DNA of 64,000 nucleotides. Origin: an uncultured Candidatus Rokubacteria bacterium (GTDB lineage: Bacteria > Methylomirabilota > Methylomirabilia > Rokubacteriales > CSP1-6). Positions within the stretch are counted from its first letter, which is position 1. The number at the start of each line of letters is the position of its first letter. The notes under the pieces were generated by a model, which did no database searches, was not told the origin of the DNA, and worked only from the letters and a program-made list of their open reading frames with translations. A program made the position numbers and the translations under genes. The stretch is from the NCBI GenBank assembly GCA_963771355.1, contig CAVYTA010000007.1:1-64000 (forward strand). Direction: 5' to 3'. This document shows, in pieces, positions 1 through 9,899 of this stretch.

Positions 1-423
1 CGTGGTGGCGGTGATCGGCATCTTCGGCCTCGCCTGGCTGGGCGACAGCTTCATCGCGGCGAACCAGGCCGTGATCGTCCCGGCGATCAGCCACATGAGC
101 GAGGCGGCGCCGTGGACGTTCGCCCTCGGCCTCTTCGGCGCGTCCGTCCTGCTCTACAGCCAGGCCGCGACCACCCGGGCCCTGATGCCGCTGGGGCTCG
201 CGCTCGGCATCCCGCCCCAGTTCCTGATCGCGATGTTCCCGTCGGTCAACGGCTACTTCTTCATCCCGACCTACGGCTCCCTGATCGCGGCGATCAACTT
301 CGACCTGTCCGGGACCACCAAGATCGGCAAGTACGTACTCAATCACTCGTTCATGATCCCGGGGCTCGTCGCGACGCCGTCGCGGTCTTCACCGGCCTCG
401 TGCTCGCGAAGCTGATGTTCTAG
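1..423 (+). CDS. Anaerobic C4-dicarboxylate transporter, DcuA/DcuB family (5'-partial; 1-nt frameshift near 376)
   Basis: GIFGLAWLGDSF, LLYSQAAT, GYFFIPTY and GTTKIGKYVLNHSFMIPG match the Dcu C-terminus. The last TM helix (AVAVFTGLVLAKLMF*) lies in another frame ending at TAG 421-423. Confidence 0.8.
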   Translation, partial: RGGGDRHLRPRLAGRQLHRGEPGRDRPGDQPHERGGAVDVRPRPLRRVRPALQPGRDHPGPDAAGARARHPAPVPDRDVPVGQRLLLHPDLRLPDRGDQLRPVRDHQDRQVRTQSLVHDPGARRDAVAVFTGLVLAKLMF

Positions 424-438
424 GCGGACGTCGTCCGC

Positions 439-1974
439 ATGACGGCCGTGATGGTCAAGCGCATCGGCCTGTTCGGCGGGCCGCTGCTGGGGCTGCTCTG
501 CTATCACCTGCTGCCCCCCCGTTACTCGTCCGGGTCCAGGCGAGTGGGTCGAGTTCACGCCGGCGGGGCGCGCCACGCTCGCCATGATGGTCTGGATGGC
601 GGGGTGGTGGCTCACCGAGGCGGTGGACATCGAGGCCACCGCGCTCCTGCCGATCGTGACCTTCCCGCTGCTGGGCATCGCGCCCCTCAGCAAGGTCCTG
701 CCGCCCTACGCCGCGGACGTGATCTTCCTCTTCATGGGCGGCTTCATCATCGGGCTGGCCATCGAGCGCTGGGGCCTCGACCGGCGCATCGCCTTCTTCA
801 CCCTGCGCCTGGTCGGGGCGCGGCCGGGCGCCATCGTCGGCGGCTTCATGGCGGTCACCGCCTTCCTGAGCATGTGGGTCTCGAACACCGCGTGCGCGGC
901 CATGATGGTGCCGATCGCCCTGAGCGTCATCGACCTCGTCTTGCGGACCCGTACCGGCGCCGGCCTGAAGGAGTCCGGGGGGATTCCCCAGGAGCGCGTG
1001 CCCGAGCGCAACTTCGCCACCGGCCTGCTGCTCTGCATCGCGTACGCGGCCTCGATCGGCGGGATCGCGACCATCATCGGCTCGCCCCCCAACGGCATCG
1101 CCGTGCGCTACATCCAGCAGACCTTCGACCGGGACGTGAGCTTCTTCGACTGGCTGCTGGTGGGCGGACCGTTCACGCTCCTGTTCCTGCCGGTCGCCTG
1201 GCTGCTGGTGACCCGCGTCCTGTTTCGCGCCGACATCGGCGAGATCGCGGGGGGCCGGCAGTACTTCGACGAGGAGTATCGCAAGCTCGGCCCCTTCACC
1301 CGGGGCGAGAAGGTCGTGCTGGCGGTGTTCGCGGTCACCGCCTTTCTCTGGATCTGCAGCCCCTCCTCAAGGGCCTCGTGGTCGCGGGCGCCAGGCCGCT
1401 GGCCGGGCTCTCCGATGCGGGCATCGCGATGCTGGCGGCGATGGCGCTGTTCCTGGTCCCGTGGATCGCGGCGACGGGCACCCGGGCGATGGACTGGGCC
1501 ACGGCCAAGAAGCTGCCGTGGGGCGTCCTGATGCTCTTCGGCGGTGGGCTCACGCTCGCGACCGCCATCGAGGCCAACGGCGTGTCGGCGTTCATCGGGA
1601 ACGCCAGCCGCGGCCTGGCCGGCCTGCCCCCGCTCGTGCTCCTGCTGGTCGATCACCACCATGACCGTGTTCCTGTCCGAGCTCACCTCGAACACCGCGC
1701 AGGTCTCGACCATGGTGCCGGTGCTCGCCGCCATGGCGCCGGCGCTCGGGATGAACCCCTACGTCCTGATCTTCGCGTGCACGCTCGGCGCGAGCTCCGC
1801 CTACATGATGCCGGTGGGCACGCCCCCGAACGCGATCGTGTTCGGGACCGGCCTGGTGCGGCTGCCGCAGATGATGAAGGCCGGCTTCTGGCTGAACCTC
1901 GCCGGGATCCTGCTCATCACGGTCGCTGGTCACGCTGTTCCTCACGCCCGATGTTCGGCCGACGACGCGAGTAG
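439..1974 (+). CDS. DASS/SLC13 Na+-coupled dicarboxylate symporter (SdcS/INDY-like), broken by several frameshifts
   Basis: Segments of ORFs 439.., 584.. and 1544.. join into one protein with WWLTEA, SMWVSNTA, GSPPN, LPWGVLMLFGGG, ELTSNTA and GTPPNAIVF. Frame changes occur near 530, 1360, 1650 and 1925-1950. Confidence 0.8.
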   Translation: MTAVMVKRIGLFGGPLLGLLCYHLLPPRYSSGSRRVGRVHAGGARHARHDGLDGGVVAHRGGGHRGHRAPADRDLPAAGHRAPQQGPAALRRGRDLPLHGRLHHRAGHRALGPRPAHRLLHPAPGRGAAGRHRRRLHGGHRLPEHVGLEHRVRGHDGADRPERHRPRLADPYRRRPEGVRGDSPGARARAQLRHRPAALHRVRGLDRRDRDHHRLAPQRHRRALHPADLRPGRELLRLAAGGRTVHAPVPAGRLAAGDPRPVSRRHRRDRGGPAVLRRGVSQARPLHPGREGRAGGVRGHRLSLDLQPLLKGLVVAGARPLAGLSDAGIAMLAAMALFLVPWIAATGTRAMDWATAKKLPWGVLMLFGGGLTLATAIEANGVSAFIGNASRGLAGLPPLVLLLVDHHHDRVPVRAHLEHRAGLDHGAGARRHGAGARDEPLRPDLRVHARRELRLHDAGGHAPERDRVRDRPGAAAADDEGRLLAEPRRDPAHHGRWSRCSSRPMFGRRRE

Positions 1975-2019
1975 CACGATCGAGACCAGCGGGGCGCGCC
2001 ACGGGAGCGACCACGACAG

Positions 2020-5000
2020 GTGAAGCGCGAATCGATGCAACGATGGAGACCAGGTGCCAAGCCGACGCGCCGCCAGTTCCTCGGCGGATTGACCACGGGC
2101 ACGCTGGCGATCGGCGCCCTGTCGCAAGCGGGGTGCGCTCCGGCGAGTCCGCCGATCAAGACCGCCGGCGCGACCCCGACGACGACGGTCTGCCCCTTCT
2201 GCGGCGTCGGCTGCGGCCAGGTCGTCTCCACGAAGAACGGCGCCGTCATCAACATCGAGGGCGACCCCGGCCACCCGGTCAGCGAGGGCACGCTCTGCAG
2301 CAAGGGCGCGGCGGGCATCCAGGTGGTCAACAACCCGCGCCGCCTGCAGAAGGTGCTCTACCGGGCGCCGGGCGGCAAGGCCTGGGAGGAGAAGACCTGG
2401 GCCTGGGCGCTGGAGCGCATCGCCGCCCGGGTCAAGGAGACGCGGGACAAGACGTTCAAGACGACGGTGGACGGACGCGTGGTCAACCGCACCGAGGCCA
2501 TCGCCTGCCTGGGCGGCTCGGCGCTCGACAACGAGGAGGCCTACCTCCTGGCCAAGCTCATGCGCGCCCTCGGCCTGGTCTACCTCGAGCACCAGGCCCG
2601 TCTCTGACACAGCTCCACGGTCGCCGGACTGGCGGCCTCGTTCGGCAGGGGGGCGATGACCAACCACTGGATCGACATGATCAACGCCGACGTCGTGCTG
2701 ATCATGGGCGGCAACCCGGCCGAGGATCACCCCATCGCCATGAACTGGCTGACCCGCGCCAAGGAGCGCGGCGCCTACATCCTGCACGTCGACCCGCGCT
2801 TCAATCGCACCAGCTCGATCGCCGATGTGTTTGCCAAGCTGCGCTCGGGCACCGACATCGCCTTCGTGGGCGGCATGATCCGGTATGCCATCGAGCACAA
2901 CCGCCTCCAGCAGGAATACGTCCGCGAGTACACCAACGCCTCCTGGATCGTCGGCGAGGGCTACGACTTCACCGACGGCCTGTTCTCCGGCTTCGATCCC
3001 AAGGCGGTGCGCTACGACCGCGGCCGGTGGGCCTACGCGCTGGACGCCCAGGGCCGGCCCCGGCGCGATCCCACCCTCAAGCACCCGCGCTGCGTCTTCC
3101 GGCTGCTGGAGCGGCACTTCGCCCGCTACGACGCCGACACGGTGTGCCGCATCACGGGCACCCCGAAGGAAGCCTACCTGCGCATCTGCGACATCTACAC
3201 CTCGACCTACGCGCCCGACCGCGCCGGCACCTGGCTCTACGCCATGGGGACGGCCCAGCACAGCCACGGCACCCAGAACATCCGCTCGTACGCGATCTTG
3301 CAGCTGCTGCTCGGCAACATCGGGGTGGCCGGCGGCGGCGTCAACGCCATGCGCGGCGAGTCGAACGTGCAGGGGTCCACGGACCAGGGACTGAACAACG
3401 ACATCCTGCCCGGCTATCTCAAGGTGCCGGTGGAGGCGGACACCGATCTGACGACCTACCTCAAGCGCGTGACGCCGGTCGCCGCGAATCCGGAGAGCGC
3501 GAACTGGCTGCAGAACACGCCGAAGTACGTCGTGAGCCTGCTCAAGGCCTGGTGGGGCGAGCACGCCCGCCGGGAGAACGACTTCGCCTTTTCCTACCTG
3601 CCCCGACAGGGCGCCGGATTCGAGGGCAAGGGCTACGCGTTCCTGGCCCTCACCCACGCCATGCTGGCCGGGGAGATCAAGGGGCTGTTCTGCTTCGGCC
3701 AGAATCCCGCGGTGGGCGGCGCCAACGCGCGCCTGATCCGGGCCGGGCTCGACAAGCTCGAATGGATGGTCGTCGCCGATCTCTTCGAGCACGAGACGGC
3801 GGGTTTCTGGAAGCGGCCGGGCGTGGACCCCGCCAAGATCCCGACCGAGGTGTTCGTGCTCCCCGCCGCCTCCGGCGTGGAGAAGGAGGGCAGCATCGTC
3901 AACAGCGGCCGCTGGGCGCAGTGGCGCTTCCGCGCCGTGAAGCCCATCGCCGACAGCCGTCCCGACCTCGACATCCTCGACGGGCTGGCCCAGGCCATCC
4001 GGAAGGCGTACGCGAAGGACGGGGTGTTCCCGGAGCCGATCCGGCACCTGGCCTGGGACTACGGCCACGAGCCCGATCCGCACAGCGTCGCGCGTGAGCT
4101 GAACGGGCGGTTTCGTGGCCGAGGTCGCCCAGCCCGACGGCACACGGGTCGCCGCCGGCAAGCAGGTCCCGGGCTTCGCTCAGCTGCGGGACGACGGCAG
4201 CACCATGTCGGGCAACTGGATCTACTGCGGCGGTTACACGGAGGAGGGCAACCTGGCCGCCCGGCGCGAGCCGGCCGACGCCGCCAACGGCATCGGGCTG
4301 CATCCGAAATGGGCCTGGGCCTGGCCGATGAACCGCCGCATCCTCTACAACCGCGCCTCGGTCAACCGCAAGGGCGAGCCGTTCAACCCGCGCCGCTGGG
4401 TCATCCGCTGGAACACCGAGAGCCGGACGTGGGAGGGCGACGTGCCCGACGGCGCCATGCCGCCCGGAGCGACGAACCCCTTCATCATGCTGGCCTCGGG
4501 GGTCGGGCAGCTCTACGCCCCCGAGCTGGTGGACGGGCCGTTCCCCGAGCACTACGAGCCGGTCGAGAGTCCCGTGCGCAACCTGCTGTCCAGCGTGCAG
4601 TCCACCCCCTGCGCGCAGGTCTGGCGGTCCACGGAGTTCGACCGCTACGGCACCGCCGAGACCTTCCCCATCGTCGCCACCACCTACCGCGTCTCCGAGC
4701 ACTGGCAGACCGGCGCCATGAGCCGCAACATGCCCTGGCTGGTGGGCCTGGTGCCGCACGCGTTCGTGGAGATCGGCACCGCGCTGGCCGCGCGCGAGGG
4801 GATCCGGAACGGCGACCGGGTGATCGTGAGCAGCGCCCGGGGCTCCATCGAGGTCTACGCCCTCGTCACCGAGCGCTTCCAGCCCTTCTTCGTCGACGGC
4901 CGGCTGATCGACGAGATCGGACTGCCCTGGCACTGGGGCTACGCGGGCATCGTGCCCGGTGACATCGCCAACGATCTCACCGCCAGCGTCGGCGACCCCA

Positions 5001-5062
5001 ACACGCAGATCCCCGAGAGCAAGGTGTTCCTCTGCAACCTCAGAAAGAAGGCCCTCGCATGA
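2020..5062 (+). CDS. fdnG: Formate dehydrogenase-N/O-type alpha subunit, selenocysteine-containing, Tat-exported (Sec UGA 2605-2607; frameshift near 4112)
   Basis: Tat motif TRRQFL; CPFCGVGC...C Fe-S motif; HQARL-U-HSSTVAGLAASFGRGAMTNHW active-site segment; RGESNVQG; FPEHYEPVESP; TTYRVSEHWQTG. The start could be ATG 2035. Confidence 0.92.
2619..2637 (+). promoter_or_regulatory. Bacterial SECIS hairpin
   Basis: GGTCGCC-GGACT-GGCGGCC stem-loop beginning 11 nt after the in-frame TGA. Confidence 0.8.
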
Positions 5063-5871
5063 CGGCACCCGCGTCGACCAGCTCGAAGGCGATGATCCAG
5101 GACAACACCCGGTGCATCGGCTGCCGCGCCTGCATGGTGGCGTGCAAGTCGTGGAACGACCGCCCCGCCGACACGACGGACTTCTTCGCCGGCCCCGGCT
5201 ACCAGAATCCCAGGGATCTCGACGCCAACAACTACACGCTGATCACCTTCAACGAGATCACCGCCGGCGCGCGCCCCAACTGGGTGTTCGGGCGCCAGCT
5301 CTGCATGCACTGCGACCATCCGGCCTGCGCATCAGCGTGTCCGACCACCGCGCTGAAGAAGACCGCCCTCGGCCCCGTGGCGTTCGACGCGTCGCGGTGC
5401 ATCGGGTGCCGGGCCTGCATGCAGGCGTGCCCATTCCTGATTCCCAAGTACGACTACGAGAACCGCGCGCCGCTGATCCACAAGTGCACGTTCTGCGCCG
5501 ACCGGCTCGAGGTCGGCCTGAAGCCGGCGTGCGCGACCGTCTGCCCCACCGGTGCCATCAGCTTCGGCGACCGTGACGACATGGTGACGGAAGCGAAGCG
5601 GCGGATCGCGACCTCTCCGGGCACGTACATCCCGGAGATCTACGGTCTCGACGAGGTCGGCGGGACCAGCGTGCTGCACCTGTCCTCCGTCCCCTTCGAG
5701 CAGATCGGCTATATCACCGGGCTGCCGAAGTCGCCGATGCCGGACCTCACCCACCGATGGCTGCGCGTCACCCCGCATGTGTTCGGCCTGCTGTACGGCT
5801 TGTTCGCGGCGCTGACCTGGATGGTGCACTGGCGCAACCGCGGCCGGGAGCACGATCGCGAGAAGGCATGA
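5059..5871 (+). CDS. 4x[4Fe-4S] electron-transfer subunit (FdnH/HybA-like) with C-terminal TM helix
   Basis: CIGCRACMVAC, CMHCDHPAC..C, CIGCRACMQAC, CTFC..CATVC; GGTSVLHLSSVPFEQIG; ATGA overlap with fdnG. Confidence 0.9.
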   Translation: MTAPASTSSKAMIQDNTRCIGCRACMVACKSWNDRPADTTDFFAGPGYQNPRDLDANNYTLITFNEITAGARPNWVFGRQLCMHCDHPACASACPTTALKKTALGPVAFDASRCIGCRACMQACPFLIPKYDYENRAPLIHKCTFCADRLEVGLKPACATVCPTGAISFGDRDDMVTEAKRRIATSPGTYIPEIYGLDEVGGTSVLHLSSVPFEQIGYITGLPKSPMPDLTHRWLRVTPHVFGLLYGLFAALTWMVHWRNRGREHDREKA

Positions 5872-7053
5872 ACTGGCGCATCCGGCTCACCTGGTGGGAC
5901 AAGGCGCTGCTGGCCGTCATGGCGGTGGCCGTCGTCATCACCGCTGGTGCGATTCGCGGCCGGGATCGGCAGCATCGCCAACATCAACAACGCTTATCCC
6001 TGGGGCTGGTGGGTCGGCTACGGGATCATGACCATGATCGCGATCGGAGGGGTCGGCTTCACGATCACCGGACTGGTGGAGGTCCTGGGCGGGCATCGTT
6101 ACCATTCGTTCCTTCGCCCCGCCGTCCTCATGGCGTTCCTCTGCTACGTCAGCGCGATCACCATGCTCATGGTGGAGCTCGGCCGGCCGTGGAAGGTGTG
6201 GCTGGTCCTGGTGTCCTGGGCGCCCACCTCCGCGCTGTACGAGGTCGGCTGGTGCGCGTTCCTGTATCTCAGCGTGCTCGCCTTCGAGTTCGCTCAGGTG
6301 CCGGTCGAGCAGCTCGGCTGGCGTCGCGCGTTGAACGTCATCCGGGCGATCTACATTCCCATCATGCTGCTCGGCGTGACGCTGTCGCACCTGCACCAGT
6401 CCTCGCTGGGCACGTTGATGACGCTCATCCCGCACAAGGTGAACGTCCTCTGGTGGTCGGAGCTCTTGCCGTTGATCTACCTCTTTTCCGCCATGATGGC
6501 CGGCCCGGCGGTGGCGATCCTCGAGCACCTCGCCGCTGCTCGCTGGCTCGGCTTCGAGCCGCGCATGGATTTGCTCGCCAGACTCGCTCGCATCGAAGCC
6601 TGGCTCGTGGCGCTCTGCCTCGCGCTTCAGGTGGGCGATCTATTCTACCGTGGCGCCGCCGGCGCCATGCTCAGCGCGACGTGGTTCGCGGTCTCGTTCT
6701 GGGTCGGGATCGGGTTCGGCCTGCTGCTTCCCCTGGTTCTGCTGCTCATGCCGGAGGTGCGCGAGAGCCGGCGCGGGCTCGCCATGGCCTGCGGCCTGGT
6801 GGTGGCCGGCGTCCTGCTCCACCGGTTGAACGTGGCCGTGTTCGGCCTCCGGGTGCGGCACTGGGAAACCTACGTCCCGTCGTGGGGAGAGATCGGCATT
6901 ACCCTCGGCATCACCGCGGGGGCCGTGTTCGTGTTCGGCGCGCTGGTGCGGATCCTGCCCATCCACGAGGAGGCGCCGCCGCGGACCAGCGCGCGCGCCG
7001 CGGCTCAGCCCGGCCGCGCGCGGCGCGGCGCGGAAAGGACTGTCGTGACATGA
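5868..7053 (+). CDS. NrfD/HybB-family quinone-reactive membrane anchor (frameshift near 5945)
   Basis: YPWGWW, RPAVLMAFLCY, ELGRPW, LSHLHQSSLG, RLNV and YVPSWGE motifs. The N-terminus MNWRIRLTWW starts at ATG 5868 in a different frame. Confidence 0.85.
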
Positions 7054-7574
7054 CGCCGGAGCAACCGCGCCGGATCTCCGGGCTCCGCATCGTCGGCATG
7101 CTGGTGATGCTCGTCAACCTCATCCTGACCATCGCCCTCATCACCCAGGTGCGCGAGGTTCAGCAGCGTGTCGCGAGCTTGCCTTCGGACCTGGCCAGCA
7201 AGCGCGACGTGGCCTCGCTACGCCCGCTGCAGGTTCGCCAGATCCTGACGAGGAACTGTGTGGACTGCCACAGCGCCCGCCGGCTCGGCGCGACCGTCTC
7301 CATGGAGCCAGCGGAAATCCTGCGCACCGTCGAGCGCATGCAGAGCCACCCGGGCGCCAATATCCCGACCGGCGAGTTCGAGCGCATCGCCGCTTCCTTG
7401 CTCGTGCTCCGTTGCGCCCGCTGCCACGGAGAGGACACGCTGAACCTGATGGTGCTGAAGACGCAGCCCGAGCGCGTCGCCACGATCCGTCGCATGGCAG
7501 CGCTCCCCGGCTCGGGCGTGCGGCCAGACCAGGTAACTGCCATCGCTCAGGCGTTCGAGAAGGTGTGGCAGTAG
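7050..7574 (+). CDS. Membrane-anchored diheme c-type cytochrome
   Basis: N-terminal TM helix; CVDCH and CARCH, each followed by an 'RM...PG' segment (internal duplication); ATGA overlap. Confidence 0.8.
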   Translation: MTPEQPRRISGLRIVGMLVMLVNLILTIALITQVREVQQRVASLPSDLASKRDVASLRPLQVRQILTRNCVDCHSARRLGATVSMEPAEILRTVERMQSHPGANIPTGEFERIAASLLVLRCARCHGEDTLNLMVLKTQPERVATIRRMAALPGSGVRPDQVTAIAQAFEKVWQ

Positions 7575-7639
7575 AAGCCCGGTGGAAGCTAGAACAGAGG
7601 AAGGAGTGTAAACCCATTGAGCTGGCTCGCTACGGTCGC

Positions 7640-7885
7640 ACAGGGCTTGAGCGCCAACTCAACCTCGCCTGGGGCCGGGATGCCATCAACCCGTCCACGC
7701 GGCAGAAGGCTCCCGACCAGACGGAGTACGACGTGACGGTCGACTATCGCGTCCCCAAGAGCGCCCCGGGCTTCCTCCAGGGGGTCTGGTTCCGGGCGCG
7801 CACCGCCATCCTCGATCAGGCCGATTCCCGGGCGCTCGGTTACCAGGTCCGCTTGATCATCAACTGGGAGCGGAACCTGTTCTGA
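7640..7885 (+). pseudogene. C-terminal remnant of an outer-membrane porin (OprD-like)
   Basis: NLAWGRDAINP..EYDVTVDYR..LQGVWFRAR..YQVRLIINWERNLF has amphipathic beta-strands and a terminal Phe; no start codon or N-terminal part is present. Confidence 0.55.
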
Positions 7886-8349
7886 TCCCTTGGACTCGAG
7901 CGGGCCTCACCCTCCTGCTGACCTGCCTGCTCGGCATTCCCGCCGGGGTCGGGGCGTTCACCTTTGTCTACGCGAAGGGCTTCTCCTACCTCTCGCCCGA
8001 CCCGCGCGCCTGCGTGAACTGCCACGTCATGAATCCGCAGTACGATGCCTGGCTCAAGAGCGGCCACCGGCACACGGCGACCTGCGTCGAATGTCACCTG
8101 CCCCACGGGGGGATCGCGAAGTGGGCGGCCAAGGCCGAGCACGGATTCCGGCACTCGGTCGCCTTCACCCTCCAGAACTTCAAGGAGCCGATCGAGATCA
8201 CGCCGCGCGACCGAGACATGGTCCGCGTGAACTGCGTCCGGTGCCACGAAGGTCTCGTCCACGCGGTGGTGGACGCGGCCGGGCCGGCGCGGGGCCGGCT
8301 CGATTGTCTCCACTGCCACGCCGGCGCCGGGCACGGCGCGGGCGGATGA
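7882..8349 (+). CDS. nrfH: Cytochrome c nitrite reductase small subunit NrfH (tetraheme; probable CTG start)
   Basis: In-frame upstream of 8014 reads LIPWTRAGLTLLLTCLLGIPAGVGAFTFVYAKGFSYLSPDPRACVNCH; four CxxCH motifs. Confidence 0.88.
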   Translation: MIPWTRAGLTLLLTCLLGIPAGVGAFTFVYAKGFSYLSPDPRACVNCHVMNPQYDAWLKSGHRHTATCVECHLPHGGIAKWAAKAEHGFRHSVAFTLQNFKEPIEITPRDRDMVRVNCVRCHEGLVHAVVDAAGPARGRLDCLHCHAGAGHGAGG

Positions 8350-8364
8350 GCCACAGGAGCTGAC

Positions 8365-9750
8365 ATGGCGACGATCCGAGCGCGGGGCTGGCTGCTGGGG
8401 CTGGTGGGGCTGGCGGCGGTGGCAGGGCTCACCGTGCTCCTGCTGGCGCTGCTCACGAACATCTTCGAGCGGAAGCAGGAGGGCCGGCAGACCGCGGTCC
8501 GGCTGGTCGAGGTGACCGAGGACACCATGGACCCCAAGGTGTGGGGCCAGAACTGGCCGTTGCAGTACGACTCGTATCTGCGGACCGCGCGCTCCACGAC
8601 GACCAAGTACGGCGGCCGGGGGCTCGGGGCGAGCGACACCGGGCCGGCGGAGCAGAAGCTCGACCGGGATCCCTGGCTCAAGCGGATCTTCGCGGGCTAC
8701 GCCTTCGCCCTCGACTATCGTGACCGGCGTGGGCACTTCTACGCCCTCTTCGACCAGGAAGAGACCCGGCGCGTGACCGAGCGGCAGCAGCCTGGAGCCT
8801 GCCTGCATTGCCACGCCGCGAACCTCGCGCTCTATCGCTCCGTCGGGAAGGGAGACGTCCAGAAGGGCTTCGAGCAAGTCTCGGGCATGCCCTACAGCGA
8901 GGCGCGGGCGCTGAAGGACGACAAGGGGCAGCCCCTCGTGCAGCATCCCGTCTCCTGCGTCGACTGCCACGATCCGAAGACCATGACCCTGCGCGTCACC
9001 CGGCCGGGCTTCATCGCCGGCATCAAGGCGCTCAAGGCCAAGGAGGGCATCGCCGACTTCGACCCCAATCGGGATGCCACCCGCCAGGAGATGCGCTCGT
9101 TCGCGTGCGGGCAGTGTCACGTCGAGTACTACTTCAAGGGACCGGGCAAGATCGTGACGTACCCCTGGGCGAACGGGCTCAAGGTCGAGGAGATCGAGGC
9201 CTACTACGAGCGGGAGGGCTTCACGGACTGGGTCCACGCCGAGACCGGCAACAAGGTCTTGAAGGCCCAGCATCCGGAGTTCGAGGTGTGGTCTCAGGGC
9301 GTGCACTCCCGGGCGGGGGTGGCCTGCGCGGATTGCCACATGCCCTACGAGCGCGTCGGCGCGACGAAGGTGAGCGACCACTGGGTGCGGAGCCCGCTGA
9401 TCAACCTGAACCGCGCCTGCCAAACCTGCCACGCGGTGCCCGAGAAGGAGCTGGAGGCGCGCGTGCTCAACATCCAGGACCGTCACCACGCGCTCATGCA
9501 GCGCGCGGCCCGCGCCACCACTGACATGCTCGACGCGATCGTCGCCGCCAAGAAGCGCGGGACGGCCGAACGCGACCTCCAGGCGGCCGCCGTCCAGCAC
9601 CGGAAGGCGCAGTGGCGGCTCGACTTCGTGGCCGCCGAGAACTCCATGGGCTTTCACGCCCCGCAGGAGCTCGCGCGGATCCTCGGGGAGGTCATCGACC
9701 ACGCGCGCCAGGGTCAGCTCGAGGCGGAGCGCGCGTCGCGAAAGCCCTAG
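8365..9750 (+). CDS. nrfA: Pentaheme ammonia-forming cytochrome c nitrite reductase NrfA, CxxCH heme-1 type
   Basis: [55 protein letters not shown]. Confidence 0.93.
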   Translation: MATIRARGWLLGLVGLAAVAGLTVLLLALLTNIFERKQEGRQTAVRLVEVTEDTMDPKVWGQNWPLQYDSYLRTARSTTTKYGGRGLGASDTGPAEQKLDRDPWLKRIFAGYAFALDYRDRRGHFYALFDQEETRRVTERQQPGACLHCHAANLALYRSVGKGDVQKGFEQVSGMPYSEARALKDDKGQPLVQHPVSCVDCHDPKTMTLRVTRPGFIAGIKALKAKEGIADFDPNRDATRQEMRSFACGQCHVEYYFKGPGKIVTYPWANGLKVEEIEAYYEREGFTDWVHAETGNKVLKAQHPEFEVWSQGVHSRAGVACADCHMPYERVGATKVSDHWVRSPLINLNRACQTCHAVPEKELEARVLNIQDRHHALMQRAARATTDMLDAIVAAKKRGTAERDLQAAAVQHRKAQWRLDFVAAENSMGFHAPQELARILGEVIDHARQGQLEAERASRKP

Positions 9751-9864
9751 CGCACTGGCCCTTCGGCTGAGTGCCGCGGACTGTGCCGCGCAAGTGCTTG
9801 ACGCACCGAGAGAAATTCACGAGAATCCCGCGCCCGGCTGAGTAAGCCGGAGAGGGGGCCCGAA

Positions 9865-9885
9865 CGAATCCCCCCTTCGGCACCA
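9865..9885 (+). mobile_element. tRNA 3'-end fragment (tRNA-Leu-like), putative att site at the right border of a genomic island
   Basis: CGAATCCCCC-CTTCGGC-A-CCA comprises partial T-loop, T-stem 3' strand, acceptor 3' strand, discriminator and CCA, with no matching 5' half upstream. Confidence 0.7.
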
Positions 9886-9899
9886 ATCCCTCAGCGTCG

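Noticed and set aside
2020..2607. Separate small FDH gene or nonsense pseudogene
   Set aside because: The TGA is at the Sec position, with a SECIS and in-frame continuation.
7853..7863. FNR-like box upstream of nrfH (TTGATCATCAA)
   Set aside because: Half-sites are 1 nt apart rather than 4, and lie within the porin remnant's coding sequence.
9830..9885. Complete tRNA gene
   Set aside because: No GCCGAAG 5' acceptor strand, D-arm or anticodon arm; only the 3' 21 nt are tRNA-like.
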